From Lentisphaeria bacterium (GTDB lineage: Bacteria > Verrucomicrobiota > Lentisphaeria > Oligosphaerales > Oligosphaeraceae), in contig JAQWBY010000001.1 in the NCBI GenBank assembly GCA_028706165.1, forward strand, positions 1 through 46,509: a stretch of DNA of 46,509 nt. The letters are read 5' to 3'. Every line of letters starts with the position of its first letter. Positions within the stretch are counted from its first letter, which is position 1. The notes beneath the pieces were generated by a model. The model did no database searches. It was not told the DNA's origin and saw only the letters and a program-made list of their open reading frames with translations. Shown here piece after piece: positions 45,063 to 46,509 of the stretch. The translations under genes were made by a program, and so were the position numbers.

Positions 45063-46145
45063 ATGATGGGGCGCACAGATGCTAGAGAATGGGGCGCACA
45101 GATGCTAGAGATTTTGCAAGACCGGATAGAGTCCGGAGCCTATCCGGCGGGGGAGCGGCTGCCCAGCGAGCGCAAACTGGCGGAGGAGTATGGCGTGCCG
45201 CAAAGCCAGGTGCACCGGAAGCTGCAGGAACTGGTACGCGATGGCTTTTTGGATTGCTTTCGTGGCAATGGCTACTTTGTGCGCGCGGGCAAACCGCGTT
45301 CAGAGAAGGCGCATAAGATCGCGTTTTGCTGGGAATCGACCAATTCGCTGGCGGTGAACGACAATTTTTACACCGACCTGCTAGTGGGCATGGCGAGTGA
45401 GTACGCGCTGAACCTCAATATCTTTTCGGTGCCCGATACTGCGAAAGAGCAGAACGAGCTTTTTCTGCTGCTGATCAACGAGGGCTTCGAGGGTATTTTC
45501 TGTTTTCCGCATTTGCTGCACGAGTATCTGCCGGTGTTCAGCGAACTGCGTAAGTTGGGCATACCGTTGATATTCTGGGACTACAGTCCCTTTCCCGGTA
45601 TTTTTCCGGCGGTTGGCGTTGATCACTTCAGTTCTTGTTTCACGGCGGCGAAGATTATCTCCGAGTTGGCCATGCCGGTGACCTACATCGGCTATGAAGA
45701 CGCCGAGCAGAATGTGTTGAAGTTGAAGGGCTTTGAGGCCGGCTGCGCTTGTCATGGCGTGACCATTGCAAAGAAGCTGCTGTTGCCCTATAAATTGGTA
45801 TGGACCAAGCCATTCCCGCAAGGTGTTTTTGCCGGCCTGGCACCCCATAAGCTGTATTTCACTGCCACCAGAAATCTCACGGACTTCTTTGTCGGGGCGA
45901 TGTTCGATCAGGGTTATTTTCCCGGCAAGGACTACTGGCTGCTGGCCGTCGACCGCCTGCAGATCATGGAAGGCAGTACCTTCCAACTCGATTGCATGAT
46001 GCGCGACCGCGCTGCAATCATCCGCAAGTTCCTCCTGGAAATGAAAAACGCCGTGAACAGCAAAGACTACACCTGTAATGATTATCGCATTGCCATGCGC
46101 TATATCAAAGGCAAGAGCCTCCGCGGACACGGCGCCGGGGAGTAG
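45063..46145 (+). CDS. GntR-family wHTH regulator with a LacI/periplasmic-binding-protein-like effector domain (AraR-like architecture)
   Basis: IESGAYPAGERLPSERKLAEEYGV..V...L.ELV.DG.L....GNGYFV, then EGI, GIPLIFWD and VGVDH. Start at 45063, 45066 or 45102. Confidence 0.88.
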   Translation: MMGRTDAREWGAQMLEILQDRIESGAYPAGERLPSERKLAEEYGVPQSQVHRKLQELVRDGFLDCFRGNGYFVRAGKPRSEKAHKIAFCWESTNSLAVNDNFYTDLLVGMASEYALNLNIFSVPDTAKEQNELFLLLINEGFEGIFCFPHLLHEYLPVFSELRKLGIPLIFWDYSPFPGIFPAVGVDHFSSCFTAAKIISELAMPVTYIGYEDAEQNVLKLKGFEAGCACHGVTIAKKLLLPYKLVWTKPFPQGVFAGLAPHKLYFTATRNLTDFFVGAMFDQGYFPGKDYWLLAVDRLQIMEGSTFQLDCMMRDRAAIIRKFLLEMKNAVNSKDYTCNDYRIAMRYIKGKSLRGHGAGE

Positions 46146-46154
46146 GCGTTGCCC

Positions 46155-46180
46155 GCCGCACGAACACGTCGTGCGGCTAC
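46155..46180 (-). repeat. GTAG-type REP-like palindrome
   Basis: Minus strand reads GTAG-CCGCACGA-CGTGT-TCGTGCGGC, 10 bp after the GntR stop. Confidence 0.6.
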
Positions 46181-46286
46181 GGAGTGCGCGGGCGCGGGGA
46201 GGGGGCTACCCGATCGACGGTCTTTTTCGCGGACTGATCAGTCAGATCAGTCGGATCGACTAGTAACCGGTCCGCCATTGATAATC

Positions 46287-46509
46287 AGTCGTGCCGCCAA
46301 TATGCGTTGTTGTCTCACGCGAAGCCGCGAAGCCGCAAAGAAGGCAAAGGCAAAGAAAATGGCGGCATGTCTTGCCGCTTTGCGGCAATTCACACCGCCG
46401 ATTCAAGCCGCAAAAGTCGTGCCGCCAATATGCGTTGTTGTCTCACGCGAAGCCGCGAAGCCGCAAAGAAGGCAAAGGCCAAGAAAATGGCGGCATGTCT
46501 TGCCGCTTT
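46287..46509 (+). repeat. Direct repeat of at least 95 bp with a 128-bp period, cut by the window edge
   Basis: 46287-46381 and 46415-46509 differ at one base. Each contains CACGCGAAGCCGCGAAGCCGCAAAG. Confidence 0.92.

Overview
A high-GC bacterial chromosomal window dominated by carbohydrate and amino-sugar metabolism. The gene content and large multi-domain secreted CAZyme-like proteins suggest an anaerobic PVC-group organism such as Lentisphaerota; this is inference only. About 22 intact or edge-truncated CDS are present: a VWA protein, thrH, alr, DUF1611, two SDR plus Gfo/Idh/MocA pairs, a GH36/27-like protein, an EEP hydrolase, a glycyl radical enzyme, a heparinase II/III-like lyase, a ceramidase-like hydrolase, a DegT aminotransferase, two large GH-like proteins, a PIG-L deacetylase, a MurQ-like/TIM-barrel fusion, GH32, GDPD, a sugar-phosphate isomerase, an HhH-GPD glycosylase, IclR and GntR regulators, and a three-module QueG/RdhA-like cobalamin-FeS protein. 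No rRNA, tRNA, CRISPR, transporter or intact transposase was seen. At 4.8-7.9 kb is a rearrangement scar: a DegT 5' remnant, a lower-GC SDR/Gfo cassette, a REP-like hairpin, the 3' end of a group II (IIC-like) intron, and a broken GH39-like gene. Intergenic DNA carries several families of palindromic repeats, many capped by the GCGAAGC mini-hairpin. The best candidates for undescribed biochemistry are the triple QueG-like protein, the MurQ-like fusion with its deacetylase, and the glycyl radical enzyme with an atypical Cys loop. All family calls come from motif recognition by eye; no database search was run.
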